44,892 nucleotides of DNA, taken from NCBI GenBank assembly GCA_002069525.1, contig MWBJ01000002.1, positions 1 to 44,892 of the forward strand, given 5' to 3'. The stretch is from Parcubacteria group bacterium ADurb.Bin305. Lineage in GTDB: Bacteria > Patescibacteriota > Minisyncoccia > UBA6257. Every line of letters begins with the position of its first letter. Within the stretch, counting starts at the first letter, position 1. Of the stretch, positions 33,965 to 44,012 are shown in pieces. Both the position numbers and the translations under genes were made by a program. The notes beneath the pieces are model-generated. The model was not told where the DNA came from, did no database searches, and saw nothing but the letters and a program-made list of their open reading frames with translations.

Positions 33965-35803
33965 TTAGGAAATTAATTCTTGTGATAATTCTTTAAATTT
34001 AACCATTAATTCTTGAATTTTAGATGTATTATGATTTTCTTCAGCAGATTTCATCATTAATTCAATTTCCGCCATTTCTTTTTTAATCACCTCTTTCTTT
34101 AAATTTTTTAACCCTTCTTTAATTTCTTCAACGAGATCAACGCCATAACTCTCTAAATTACCCATTTCATATTCAGCTCTAAGAAATAATTGGTTAATTT
34201 TAGAAATTAAATTATCATCAAAACCGGCAAGTTTTAGCTGATTAGGCTCCAAACTTTCAGCTTTTTCAACTTTCATTAATAACTGACAAATATCCGTATA
34301 TTCTTTAGGAAAATATTTATAGTATGGCAAATATAATTCTTGCAATTCAGGATTTTTCACCCAAAAGGCTACCAACCTTTCGGCTAAAAGATCAATCCTA
34401 GAAGCAGTTGGGATCTGTAAAACTACTGGCTCATTATTGTCTACCACCTGATTAAAACCTTCTGGAGAAACTTTATTTAATTCATCCTCCAAGAATTGTC
34501 GTTCAATTGCTAAATGTTGGCTTAACTTTTCTAACCAAAAAGCTTTATCTAAAGCATTATTGAGTTTTTTAATTTTAGGTAAGAAATAACTTACTATGGC
34601 TTTTTTACCATCTAAAGTATCCTTATCGCCCAGCTGTAAAGCCCTATCAAAATAGAATTCCATAATTGGCTTAGCCTTATTTATTAAGTCCGCCAAGTTA
34701 GATTTATTAACCGGATTTAAAAGATAATCAGCTAAATCTTTGCCTTCTGGTAAAATTAATACTTTAACCTCAAAACCATTAGCTAAAGCTGGTTCAATAA
34801 TTCTTTCCATGGCCTTTTGTCCAGCCTCATCCGTATCTAAACTCAAAATAAGCTCTGAAATATATTTCTTGAGTAAGGTAAAATGATAAGAGGTTAAAGC
34901 AGTACCTAGAGTAGCTACTACATTTCTAATATTAGCCTGCCAACTAGCTAATAAATCCATTTGCCCTTCAACGATTAAAGCCGAATGTTGCTTATGAAAA
35001 TATTCGCGAGCTCGATAAAATCCATATAGAATTTTACTTTTATCAAAAATTAATGTTTGGGGAGAATTGACATATTTGCCTGTCTCTTCAATATTTTTAA
35101 TTGTTTTAAGAGGTAATTTTCCCTGAAAAATCCTGCCTGAAAATCCTACCAGATTGCCGCTGGAATCGTTTATAGGAAACATTATTCTAGAACGAAAACG
35201 GTCATAGCAATTATTAACCAATAATTTTCGATTGGTCATCTGTTGATTTATCTCGGACAAATCTTCACGATGAATCGCCAGACCGCTATCAATAATATCA
35301 TTTAGTTGGAAGCCTTTACTAAGTAAAAAAGTTACTAACATCCGCCATTCGTCTGGAGCAAATCCCAATTGAAACTCTTCTATCGTTTCGCCGCCTACAC
35401 CACGTCTATGGAGATAATCTACAGCTTCTTTGTTCTTCTTTAAGTTATCTTGAAAAAAAGAACTAGCTACCTCGCAAATATTAATTAATTTTTGTTTTCT
35501 AGATCGCAAAACAGGGTCTTCAAACTTAAGAGTTACCCCTGCTTTACGCGCTAAAATTTTTAAAGCTTCCCCAAAATCTACATTTTCTACTTTCATTATA
35601 AAAGCAAAAATATCCCCTCCTGTAGAGCAACCAAAACAATGCCAAATTTGACGAGCAGGTGAAACAATAAAAGAAGGTGTTTTTTCTTTATGGAACGGAC
35701 ATAAAGCCTTATAATTAGCCCCGGCCTTTTGCAATTTCACATATTGACCAATGACCTCAACTATATCTAATTTGTTTTTTATTTCCTCAATCTCGTTAAG
35801 CAT
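33965..35803 (-). CDS. dnaG: DNA primase
   Basis: Zinc ribbon CPFHKEKTPSFIVSPARQIWHCFGC and TOPRIM blocks (LIVEGQMDL, LSLDTDEAGQKA). Confidence 0.9.
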   Translation of the reverse strand: MLNEIEEIKNKLDIVEVIGQYVKLQKAGANYKALCPFHKEKTPSFIVSPARQIWHCFGCSTGGDIFAFIMKVENVDFGEALKILARKAGVTLKFEDPVLRSRKQKLINICEVASSFFQDNLKKNKEAVDYLHRRGVGGETIEEFQLGFAPDEWRMLVTFLLSKGFQLNDIIDSGLAIHREDLSEINQQMTNRKLLVNNCYDRFRSRIMFPINDSSGNLVGFSGRIFQGKLPLKTIKNIEETGKYVNSPQTLIFDKSKILYGFYRAREYFHKQHSALIVEGQMDLLASWQANIRNVVATLGTALTSYHFTLLKKYISELILSLDTDEAGQKAMERIIEPALANGFEVKVLILPEGKDLADYLLNPVNKSNLADLINKAKPIMEFYFDRALQLGDKDTLDGKKAIVSYFLPKIKKLNNALDKAFWLEKLSQHLAIERQFLEDELNKVSPEGFNQVVDNNEPVVLQIPTASRIDLLAERLVAFWVKNPELQELYLPYYKYFPKEYTDICQLLMKVEKAESLEPNQLKLAGFDDNLISKINQLFLRAEYEMGNLESYGVDLVEEIKEGLKNLKKEVIKKEMAEIELMMKSAEENHNTSKIQELMVKFKELSQELIS

Positions 35804-35849
35804 ATAATAAATTATATTACAAATTTATCACAAAAACTATTTGAAACAA

Positions 35850-36206
35850 CTAAATTAATTTAGGTAAAAAAATAATCAAACCAATAATTATAGCCACCAA
35901 ACACGCGATAAGCACTGCGCCAGCTACCATATCTTTAATATGACCTATATTCTCAGAAATATCGTCGGATAAGAAATCTAAAGTTTTTTCCCAGACAGTG
36001 TTTAAAACTTCTAAGCTTAAAACAATTCCTATAGTTAAAATTAAAATTAACCATTCAGTGGCCGAAATTTTAAGAATTCCTCCTAAAATAATCACCCCAA
36101 TACCTAAAAGAATCATTAAACTAAAATTTTGCTGGGAAGCAGCATAACTAATACCAGAAATAGCATAATGCAAACTTTTTAACCATTTTTGAAACGAGAA
36201 TTTCAT
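35850..36206 (-). CDS. dgkA: diacylglycerol/undecaprenol kinase family membrane protein
   Basis: 118 aa with three TM segments and the EVLNT...KDMVAGAV motifs of prokaryotic DAGK. Confidence 0.75.
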   Translation of the reverse strand: MKFSFQKWLKSLHYAISGISYAASQQNFSLMILLGIGVIILGGILKISATEWLILILTIGIVLSLEVLNTVWEKTLDFLSDDISENIGHIKDMVAGAVLIACLVAIIIGLIIFLPKLI

Positions 36207-36298
36207 AATATTAAATATCCAAACTATTAATAATTTTTAAATTTTTGCTAAGTATTTTGGACTCACCTACTTAAACTTGTTTAGTAACGTCTTGTCAT

Positions 36299-37402
36299 TT
36301 AATAGCTTCTTCTTAATCGCTTTTTGGCCTTATAGGTCTCCAGAGCCAAACTAACTAATTTTTCCAAAAGTTTTGGATAGGGTAGTCCTGAAGCCTGCCA
36401 TAATTTTGGATACATACTAATTTCAGTAAAACCGGGAATAGTATTGATTTCACTAGTTATAACCCTTCCGTTTGGTTGAAGGAAAAAATCAACTCTAGCC
36501 ATTCCGGTAACGCCAAGAGCCCGATAAACCTCAAGAGCAATTTTTTGTATCTTTTTGACTGTCTGAAATGGTAAATTAGTCGGTGCCAATAATTTGGCTC
36601 CGGCCGGGTTTAAATATTTGGCAGAATAAGAGTAAAATTCCTCTTGAGGTTGAATCTCTCCCACTAGTGAGCTTTGAGGATTTTCATTCCCTAAAACAGC
36701 ACACTCAACTTCTCGACCCTTGATAAATTTTTCCAAAAGCACTTTGTTGTCATAATCAAAAGCCTTATTAATAGCCCATTTCAATGACGGCTTCTCAAAT
36801 ACTTTAGACACCCCAATCGAAGACCCCAAAGAAGCTGGTTTAACAAATAAGGGAAAACCAAATTTTGTAATTGCTTGCTCAATTTTTTCTCTTCGTTCTT
36901 TTGAGGTGTCAGTATAATTCAAGGTTAATGAAGGAATTACAGGTATCTTTGCTTCCTTCAAAATTTTTTTAAAAAATTCTTTATCCATTCCCAAAGCGGA
37001 AGATAAAACATTGGCACCCACATAAGGCACATTCAAAAGTTCCAAATACCCTTGCAATGACCCATCTTCTCCAAAAGTGCCATGAGTTAATGGAAAAACC
37101 ATTCCTACATTATCTAATATTTTGTTCCTTTCCAAGCTGTAGACTACTGTTTTTCCCCCTCTTTTGATTAAAACTATTTCTTCTTTTTTATTTTTTTTCA
37201 AAAAATATTGTTTTTTTCTTTTCTCCAACAAATCATTAAATTGATAAGCAAAAAACCAATAACCTCTTTTATCAATAATCACTATGGCTTTCCTCCAGAT
37301 TTTACTTTGGAAGTTATTAAAAACAGAATAAAGAGAGCGAATCGAAATTTCATGCTCACTGCTTTCACCGCCACCAATAAAAACCACCAATGGCTTACTC
37401 AT
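36299..37402 (-). CDS. ddl: D-alanine--D-alanine ligase
   Basis: GGESSEHEISIRS N-terminus, an ATP-grasp core (FVKPASLGSSIGVSKV) and C-terminal EINTIPGFT. Its start overlaps the upstream ATPase stop by 8 nt. Confidence 0.9.
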   Translation of the reverse strand: MSKPLVVFIGGGESSEHEISIRSLYSVFNNFQSKIWRKAIVIIDKRGYWFFAYQFNDLLEKRKKQYFLKKNKKEEIVLIKRGGKTVVYSLERNKILDNVGMVFPLTHGTFGEDGSLQGYLELLNVPYVGANVLSSALGMDKEFFKKILKEAKIPVIPSLTLNYTDTSKERREKIEQAITKFGFPLFVKPASLGSSIGVSKVFEKPSLKWAINKAFDYDNKVLLEKFIKGREVECAVLGNENPQSSLVGEIQPQEEFYSYSAKYLNPAGAKLLAPTNLPFQTVKKIQKIALEVYRALGVTGMARVDFFLQPNGRVITSEINTIPGFTEISMYPKLWQASGLPYPKLLEKLVSLALETYKAKKRLRRSY

Positions 37403-39107
37403 TCTTTCCTGTTTGGTTAAAGATATTTTGAATTGTTTCTTTCACTTTGTCATTATGACTAGCTTGGACCTTATGAGTCGCCGACCGGCCAGAAGAATTA
37501 ACAGAAGATTCTCTTCGTAAGTTAGGAGATTTAATAATATCGGCCTGCGATAAATCTTTTAACGACATCGATGGTGCCTCCGGAATGGCTGCTTTTTGCC
37601 TGACATCCAAATTAGCATCTCTCTCGTTAAACCTCAACTCAGCATTTTCTTTTTGTGATTTTAATGACCTAAAGCATTGTTCACAATACACCGGTCTATT
37701 AGGTGCTGGTCTAAAAGGTACCATAATATGCTGACCACATAAACTACATACTGCCTCCCAACCCTCTCTAACTATCCCCTTTTTATTCTTATTAGTTAAA
37801 GCAATATTTTTAGAACCACCGGCCATTTCCGTAAAATCCAACAATTGCCAATAAAAAATTTCTCTTTCTACTTCTTGACTAGGTCGAGCATATTTTTGCC
37901 GGGAAGATTCTATAATTTCCTGCACATAACTTATTTCTGGCAATTTATGAGGAGGAATGTTAACTGCTGAAAAACTTTTAGATAAGATACCATCGATCAT
38001 CAGTTTTATATAAAAAGTAAAATTCGGTAAATTAATTAAATCTGCCTGCATGAACTCTGGGGTAAAATATTCTTCTAATAATTTAGCGTCTTCAGGTCCC
38101 ACTCGAAATGAGATCAAAGTTCCAATATTGCCAAAAATAGCCTCGCGGACTGTATCGGTTAATTGAGCAATATACTGATGAGCCAAAATTAAATTAAGGC
38201 GATACTTTCTAGCCTCAGCAAAAATATTAGCAAAAGAATCTGTAGAAAAATTCTGAAATTCATCCACATAAAGATAAAAATCCTGCCGTTCTTCTTCTGG
38301 TAAATCAACCCGAGTCATAGCTGCTAATTGTAATTTAGTAACCAATAACCCTCCTAGTAAACTTGAGTTGTCTTCCCCAATGATACCCTTAGAAAGATTG
38401 GCTAAAAAAATCTTTTTACTATCCATAATATCGCGAAAATCCAGTCTGGACTCTTTTTGACCAATGATGTTACGAACCAAAGGATTAGAAATAAACTGAC
38501 CAACTTTATTTTGAATAGGCGCCACAGCTTCGGTAGCATAGCGTTCATTATAACGAGTAAACTCCTTTTCCCAAAAAGCTTTTACTACTGGATCAGTAAT
38601 TTTATCAGTCACCACTCGACGATAATCACTATCAGATAACAATCTATTAATCCCTAAAAGAGTAGAACCGGGATACTCCAAGAGGGCTAATAAAGAGTTA
38701 TTTAAAATATATTCCATTCGAGCAGACCAGACGTCAGGCCATAATTTTTTGAAGACACCCATGAGGCCAGAAGCTATTAAATGTCGCCACTCTTTAGGTA
38801 CCTCCTCAATTACATTAAAAGCGATGGGCCAATTAATATCTCCGGGGTTAAAATAAATGACATCGTTTATTCTTTCTTTAGGAATAAAATGCAAGAGACG
38901 ATAAATCAATTCTCCATGAGGATCAATTACCCCTACCCCCTGACCATTTTGAATATCTTGAATAATCATATTTTCCAATAAAGTAGTTTTTCCTACGCCT
39001 GTTTTTCCAATAACATAAGTATGCCGTCGTCTATCGTCTGGCTTAATTCCAAAAGGGTAACTTTGGTCACGAAAATAAGTAATGCCTAAATAAGTAATAT
39101 CTTTCAT
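37395..39107 (-). CDS. soluble VirD4/TraD-like (type IV coupling protein-like) P-loop ATPase with C-terminal zinc ribbon
   Basis: Walker A VIGKTGVGKTT, Walker B-like FYLYVDEFQNF, ARKYRLNLILAHQYIAQL, and C-terminal CSLCGQHIMVPFRPAPNRPVYCEQC. No N-terminal TM helices. Confidence 0.7.
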   Translation of the reverse strand: MKDITYLGITYFRDQSYPFGIKPDDRRRHTYVIGKTGVGKTTLLENMIIQDIQNGQGVGVIDPHGELIYRLLHFIPKERINDVIYFNPGDINWPIAFNVIEEVPKEWRHLIASGLMGVFKKLWPDVWSARMEYILNNSLLALLEYPGSTLLGINRLLSDSDYRRVVTDKITDPVVKAFWEKEFTRYNERYATEAVAPIQNKVGQFISNPLVRNIIGQKESRLDFRDIMDSKKIFLANLSKGIIGEDNSSLLGGLLVTKLQLAAMTRVDLPEEERQDFYLYVDEFQNFSTDSFANIFAEARKYRLNLILAHQYIAQLTDTVREAIFGNIGTLISFRVGPEDAKLLEEYFTPEFMQADLINLPNFTFYIKLMIDGILSKSFSAVNIPPHKLPEISYVQEIIESSRQKYARPSQEVEREIFYWQLLDFTEMAGGSKNIALTNKNKKGIVREGWEAVCSLCGQHIMVPFRPAPNRPVYCEQCFRSLKSQKENAELRFNERDANLDVRQKAAIPEAPSMSLKDLSQADIIKSPNLRRESSVNSSGRSATHKVQASHNDKVKETIQNIFNQTGKNE

Positions 39108-39112
39108 AAAAT

Positions 39113-40381
39113 TTATATAGGTAAATTAGAAGGCGGTTCGCTTTTTCTATAAAGTTGACGACTTAAAGCTGGAGCTTTTACTTTTAGCATGGGGAAATGA
39201 TAGAGAGTAGCCAATTCTTCCATGTTCAAAATGCAAGTTTTAGACGTCAAGCTATGAGTTCTAGCGGCTTGGTAAAAAGTCAGTTTTTTGAATAACAATC
39301 TTCGAGCTTTAAATAATCCTTTATCTATTTCAGTAGTAGCCTCTTTGTTAGCTATAAAACTATTCAAATTTTTAGAAGCAAATTGTTGAAGAAAAGCATA
39401 AAATGAGGAAACTTTAACTTCATTATACTCCTCTTTGGGGGCTAAATACAAGAAGCGAATACCAGTCTCAAAAGCCAATTGACTAATTTTATTATTTATA
39501 GCCTCAATCTTTTCTTTTTCAATAGATGACACGGTCGCCGCAGAACCATCTGGTTTACTAGTCTCCGGCCATTCAGGTAATTTATACCAAGCTACTAATA
39601 AATTGGCAAAAAAAGCGGCTACCCAATCAGCAAAAGTTAGTTTTTTAACAGGGGCTTTTCCTAACAATTTATTTATTTCTTCTTTGGCACTCTCTAAAAA
39701 TTTCTTTTCTTTATCTCCCTCTAAGGGCTTAATTATAATTTGAACTAAAAAAACCTCTCGGGGAGACAAAATTGTAATACTTTCTATAAAGCTAGCCAAG
39801 GGATCTATTCGTTTTTCTTCTTTAACTTCTTCAAAATATGAATAAGTTTTAATAGGAAAATAATCAGATTTTTCTAACACAAATTCACTGCCCCAAAAAT
39901 CTATATTTTTGGTCGGCGCGATTGGTAAAATAGATCCGAAATAATCAGGAACTTCAGTAATTTCTATTTCCGGATAATGAGCATAAAATTGAGACTCTAC
40001 TAAGTATTTATACCCAAATGGTACGCACACAAAAAAATGTACTGTTTGCTCATACCCTAAAATCCCTAAAGTAAGATACCCTTTAGATAAAGCGTGCAGA
40101 CCACTGAATACTTGCGCCATAGCTTTAGGTGTTTGATAAATATCTAAATTAACTTTTATCTCCAAAGTGGTCCATTGTTTTACCTCTTCTTTTTTGGTCT
40201 TAACTATTTTTTGATACCGCAATTTCAACCTAAAATAAAAATAGGCTGAAATAAACAATAATATCAACCACCAAAACTCCCTTATTATTAACTTAAAAAC
40301 TACAAAGCAATAATTAAAAAATAGCCTAAAAAAGGTTATCGCTGACACATTGCCGGAAAAAAGCGACGAAAAAACTTCCAT
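39113..40381 (-). CDS. membrane-anchored protein of unknown function, partner of the ATPase
   Basis: N-terminal hydrophobic segments (FFRLFFNYCFVVFKLII, WWLILLFISAYFYF) followed by a soluble region of about 350 aa. Its stop is 5 nt from the ATPase start. Confidence 0.6.
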   Translation of the reverse strand: MEVFSSLFSGNVSAITFFRLFFNYCFVVFKLIIREFWWLILLFISAYFYFRLKLRYQKIVKTKKEEVKQWTTLEIKVNLDIYQTPKAMAQVFSGLHALSKGYLTLGILGYEQTVHFFVCVPFGYKYLVESQFYAHYPEIEITEVPDYFGSILPIAPTKNIDFWGSEFVLEKSDYFPIKTYSYFEEVKEEKRIDPLASFIESITILSPREVFLVQIIIKPLEGDKEKKFLESAKEEINKLLGKAPVKKLTFADWVAAFFANLLVAWYKLPEWPETSKPDGSAATVSSIEKEKIEAINNKISQLAFETGIRFLYLAPKEEYNEVKVSSFYAFLQQFASKNLNSFIANKEATTEIDKGLFKARRLLFKKLTFYQAARTHSLTSKTCILNMEELATLYHFPMLKVKAPALSRQLYRKSEPPSNLPI

Positions 40382-40393
40382 TATTAAACATTA

Positions 40394-41506
40394 TTAAATC
40401 TCCAAAATTTTAGATTTAGGAGGGTGAACTAATGTGTAATGCTTATCAGGCAGTTTTTTAAAATATTTTTTATTGTGAAGGTTTAAAAATATGGTATTTT
40501 CTTTGGCTAACCTATATTTCTGCACTTCGTTCACAATTTCCTCTTTAGTTAAAGGATGATTAGCGTTAGCCAATACCGCCTTGATGACATCAATAATTTT
40601 ACCCTCTTTGTAACCCCAATCACGCAAAGCATATACCCCCCTTCCTATAAGAACAAAACGAGGATCTTTAATAAGTTCATTATGAACAGTCTGAATTTCT
40701 ACTGATTTAAACCAAGCATCATCACTCGCTAAAGAGGCCCCAGTAATTTTTCTAAGCTCGTTAAGTTGCTTAGCAATCTCAGAAAAATGCATTGGTTTTT
40801 TTTGATGTTTTAGAATTAAATATGCTCTATCTTTCGCTCCGCTAGGATTTATTTCAGACCAACCTAAAAGACCATATTCACCGTAAATATTTCTGCCAAG
40901 GTGCTTATTAATATTTAAATAAGTTTCCACCTCTCTTTTGGAAACTTCCCTTTGTTGCGAAGTCTTAAACCACTCCCAAACGCTTTCTAAATTCTGACTA
41001 GTATTCTGCTGTTTCAAAAAATTTTCTATTAACTTAACATCATTAAGAATATCTTTTTGGGTTCTATTTTTAGTATACCAATAGCTTCTGGTATCTTTAG
41101 TTTCGGGTTGAAAAACAAAGTTAGGATTCAAAAACAGAAGAAAACGTAAAGCCTTAATAGATTGAGAAGATATCTTGAGAATATTTTTAATCTCTTCCAA
41201 CAAATCTGATTCCAGCATTACATAATTATTGTTCTTTAAAATATTAAAGTAAATATCCCAGATTGCAGTTAATTCTCTGGTTGGTTCTCTTTGAGAAAGA
41301 ATTTTTATACTATCGTCGACAATCTGTCGTACTCGCTCCCGAGTAATGTTATATGTTTGGCCAATAGCTTGTAGTGTTTGTAATTGATTATCAACTAAAC
41401 CAAACTTCTTTTTTAAAATATTTTGAGTACGAGAAGGAAAATCTTTTATTAAACTTAAAACTATATCTTTAGGATTCAATTTTGAATTATTGGTAGAAGT
41501 TTCCAT
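40394..41506 (-). CDS. sigma-70 region-4-like HTH protein with two HARE-HTH-like winged-helix modules
   Basis: LKKKFGLVDNQLQTLQAIGQTYNITRERVRQIVDDSIKIL parallels region 4.2 of this window's RpoD. Later MHFSEIAKQL...DPRFVLIGRGVYALRDWGY and PLTKEEIVNEV... resemble the HARE-HTH of the RNAP delta subunit. Confidence 0.6.
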   Translation of the reverse strand: METSTNNSKLNPKDIVLSLIKDFPSRTQNILKKKFGLVDNQLQTLQAIGQTYNITRERVRQIVDDSIKILSQREPTRELTAIWDIYFNILKNNNYVMLESDLLEEIKNILKISSQSIKALRFLLFLNPNFVFQPETKDTRSYWYTKNRTQKDILNDVKLIENFLKQQNTSQNLESVWEWFKTSQQREVSKREVETYLNINKHLGRNIYGEYGLLGWSEINPSGAKDRAYLILKHQKKPMHFSEIAKQLNELRKITGASLASDDAWFKSVEIQTVHNELIKDPRFVLIGRGVYALRDWGYKEGKIIDVIKAVLANANHPLTKEEIVNEVQKYRLAKENTIFLNLHNKKYFKKLPDKHYTLVHPPKSKILEI

Positions 41507-41668
41507 AATATTTGTATGCTGAAAATTAAAAGAGATATTGATAATATTAAAGCAGAACTTCGGTAATAAGTCAAGAGCTTACCATTTGGACGAAATAATA
41601 AAAATTGTTATTTTCACTCAGTTTATGATACAATATACTAGTATATTTCTTTAATTAAATACTACATA

Positions 41669-42688
41669 ATGATGAGAATAAAACGTATTCTTTTAATCAT
41701 AGGGATTTTAATATTAAGCCTAGGGGCTAGTTTTTTACTTTGGGGGGCTCGTCATCCTAAAGAATTTTTATTAGCCTTTTCTTCCAACGGACCTATTAAC
41801 TCTCTAGTCAATAAATTAACAGCCTCACCTATTAATATACTGGTTCTGGGAATAGCCGGACAAGGATCTAGAGGTGGTCTTTTAACCGATACTATTATGG
41901 TAGTCCAATTAAATCCTGCTCAGCAAAAAATAGCTCTTATTTCTATTCCCCGTGACCTATATGTTAAAAACCCATTCAACAACCAACCAATTAAAATTAA
42001 CTCCATTTATGCCTCGGAAAATACTATCAAAAGTTTTCCTCAAGCTACCTCTTTTCAAAACATAACATCTAAAGTAGAAGATATAACTGGCTTACCGATT
42101 AATTATACGATTATTTTTGATTTAGAAGGATTTGGCCAGTTAGTAGATTTAGTTGGAGGGGTAACTATCTGGTTAGATGAAAATGTCTATGACCCTACCT
42201 TAGTTAACCCCTATAACCCAACTCAACCATTCTACTTAGCTAAAGGTTGGCATAATTTAGATGGCGCTTTAGCTATAAAATTAGTCAGAAGCCGATATGC
42301 TTCTTCAGGTGATTTCTTTAGAATAAAGCACCAACAACAAATAATGCTTTCCTTGAAGGACAAACTATTAAATCTACCTCAAACCATGAATTTATCTACC
42401 ATCGCCTCGCTTTGGCGAACCCTACAAAATCATTTTGTTACCGATTTAAATATTAACGAAGCTATCAATCTTGTTCGTTTCATTAAAAATAATAATATTG
42501 CCAATTACCGCCTAGTGACTATGGTGCTTGACAATAAACCGCCTAATCAATTGTTAATTTCCACCTCGATTCCTTTAAGCTCCGACAATCAACAAACAAT
42601 GTACGCCTTACTTCCCAAATTAGGTTTTGAAAAATATGATGAAATACATAAATTTATACAAAATCAGATACTTCTAAATAATGAATAA
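41669..42688 (+). CDS. LytR-CpsA-Psr (LCP) family cell-envelope phosphotransferase
   Basis: N-terminal TM helix, then ILVLGIAGQGSRGGLLTDTIMVVQLNP...ALISIPRDLYV and VRSRYASSGDFFRIKHQQ. Confidence 0.8.
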   Translation: MMRIKRILLIIGILILSLGASFLLWGARHPKEFLLAFSSNGPINSLVNKLTASPINILVLGIAGQGSRGGLLTDTIMVVQLNPAQQKIALISIPRDLYVKNPFNNQPIKINSIYASENTIKSFPQATSFQNITSKVEDITGLPINYTIIFDLEGFGQLVDLVGGVTIWLDENVYDPTLVNPYNPTQPFYLAKGWHNLDGALAIKLVRSRYASSGDFFRIKHQQQIMLSLKDKLLNLPQTMNLSTIASLWRTLQNHFVTDLNINEAINLVRFIKNNNIANYRLVTMVLDNKPPNQLLISTSIPLSSDNQQTMYALLPKLGFEKYDEIHKFIQNQILLNNE

Positions 42689-42711
42689 ATTTAATAAACA
42701 ACTTTCTCTGT

Positions 42712-43275
42712 ATGGTAAAACCAAACGTAAATAATAGTTGGTTAATAGTGGGCTTAGGAAACCCCGACGATTTATATCAAAAGACACGACATAATATTGG
42801 ACAAAGATTCGTTAAATGGTTTCATACTCAATATAATTTTGGTGCTTGGAAAAACAGCAAATATTGCTTAGCTATGACCACTAGTCAAAAAATACAAAAC
42901 TTATCAATTATTTTAGCTTGCCCTTTAGTCTTTATGAATGAATCTGGTGAAAGCGTTCGCCGGCTTCAAAAATTCTACAAAATTTCTTTAGATCACCTGA
43001 TAGTAATCCATGATGACAGTGATCTGCTCTTTGGAACTTTCAAAATTCAGTGGAACCGAGGAGCTGCGGGTCATAAAGGAATTATCTCAATAATCAATGC
43101 CTTGCAAACTAAACAATTTTATAGAGTTAGAATCGGAATCCGTTCTGATAAAAACAAACACAAAAAAGCCAGTGATTTTGTTTTAGAGAACTTCACCCCA
43201 GAAGAAGATCAAATAATACCAAACCTATTTATCCAGATAGCTAATTCCTTGGAAAAACTCTGGAATAAGTTCTAA
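42712..43275 (+). CDS. pth: peptidyl-tRNA hydrolase
   Basis: LIVGLGNPDDLYQKTRHNIGQRFV and FMNESGESV motifs. Confidence 0.9.
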   Translation: MVKPNVNNSWLIVGLGNPDDLYQKTRHNIGQRFVKWFHTQYNFGAWKNSKYCLAMTTSQKIQNLSIILACPLVFMNESGESVRRLQKFYKISLDHLIVIHDDSDLLFGTFKIQWNRGAAGHKGIISIINALQTKQFYRVRIGIRSDKNKHKKASDFVLENFTPEEDQIIPNLFIQIANSLEKLWNKF

Positions 43276-43289
43276 GGCGCCATCTTGGC

Positions 43290-44012
43290 CTATTTAATCC
43301 CCTGCTTAACTAAAAATTCTCCGTAAGAAATCAAAGCCCAGTAATTGATAAAAGTTAATAAACTACTGAGAAATAACGGTAAAGACAAAAAACTAATTAG
43401 CCAAAAAAGCTCTAAACTAACTAGCGTAATAACTAAAAAAGTAAGTATAAGCCACGAAGAATCACTTATCGAATCCAACAAATACAAAAAAGTGATTAAC
43501 CCTACACCTACACCATATAATAAATAACTCCACCAAAATGATTGATTTCGCAAAAAATACAAGCTAGAGATATCTATAATCCAAAAAAAATGAAGAAAAT
43601 AAAAAGACAAATACCGCCCCAGTTTTTCTTGGGGCGAAAAAAGTTTATAAAACAAAATTACCAAAAAGATTAAAGCAATAAGATAAACAAATATTGGCTG
43701 AAAAAATAAAGTTATTAAACTTATTTCTAACAATCCCAATACTATTAAACAAACATTAAACCAAGATAAACCGGAAAAAATTTTCCAAAATAACGTTAAC
43801 GTCAACGCAAGCAATAAAACCAGAAACCAATTAAGACGATTAATAGCGACTATTCCTGTTAAGATAATTACTAACAAAAAGAAAAAATAATTTTTAGGCA
43901 TTCTAGCGCGAATCGTTCTGATTTTGTCTAATAATAATCGCACCAAATGTTTAAAACTGTTCAAAATCCGCTGATATAATTTAAGACTTTTTTCTTGAAT
44001 TTGATTTGACAT
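43290..44012 (-). CDS. polytopic membrane protein, unknown function
   Basis: 240 aa, mostly hydrophobic Leu/Phe-rich helices. Its start overlaps the 3' end of the Clp ATPase gene by 32 nt. Confidence 0.55.
   Translation of the reverse strand: MSNQIQEKSLKLYQRILNSFKHLVRLLLDKIRTIRARMPKNYFFFLLVIILTGIVAINRLNWFLVLLLALTLTLFWKIFSGLSWFNVCLIVLGLLEISLITLFFQPIFVYLIALIFLVILFYKLFSPQEKLGRYLSFYFLHFFWIIDISSLYFLRNQSFWWSYLLYGVGVGLITFLYLLDSISDSSWLILTFLVITLVSLELFWLISFLSLPLFLSSLLTFINYWALISYGEFLVKQGIK

Noticed and set aside
37395-41506. Conjugative element or classical type IV secretion system.
   Set aside because: There are no relaxase, VirB4/VirB-type channel genes, integrase, or flanking repeats in the window. 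The genes sit inside a run of core genes and are translationally coupled to ddl.
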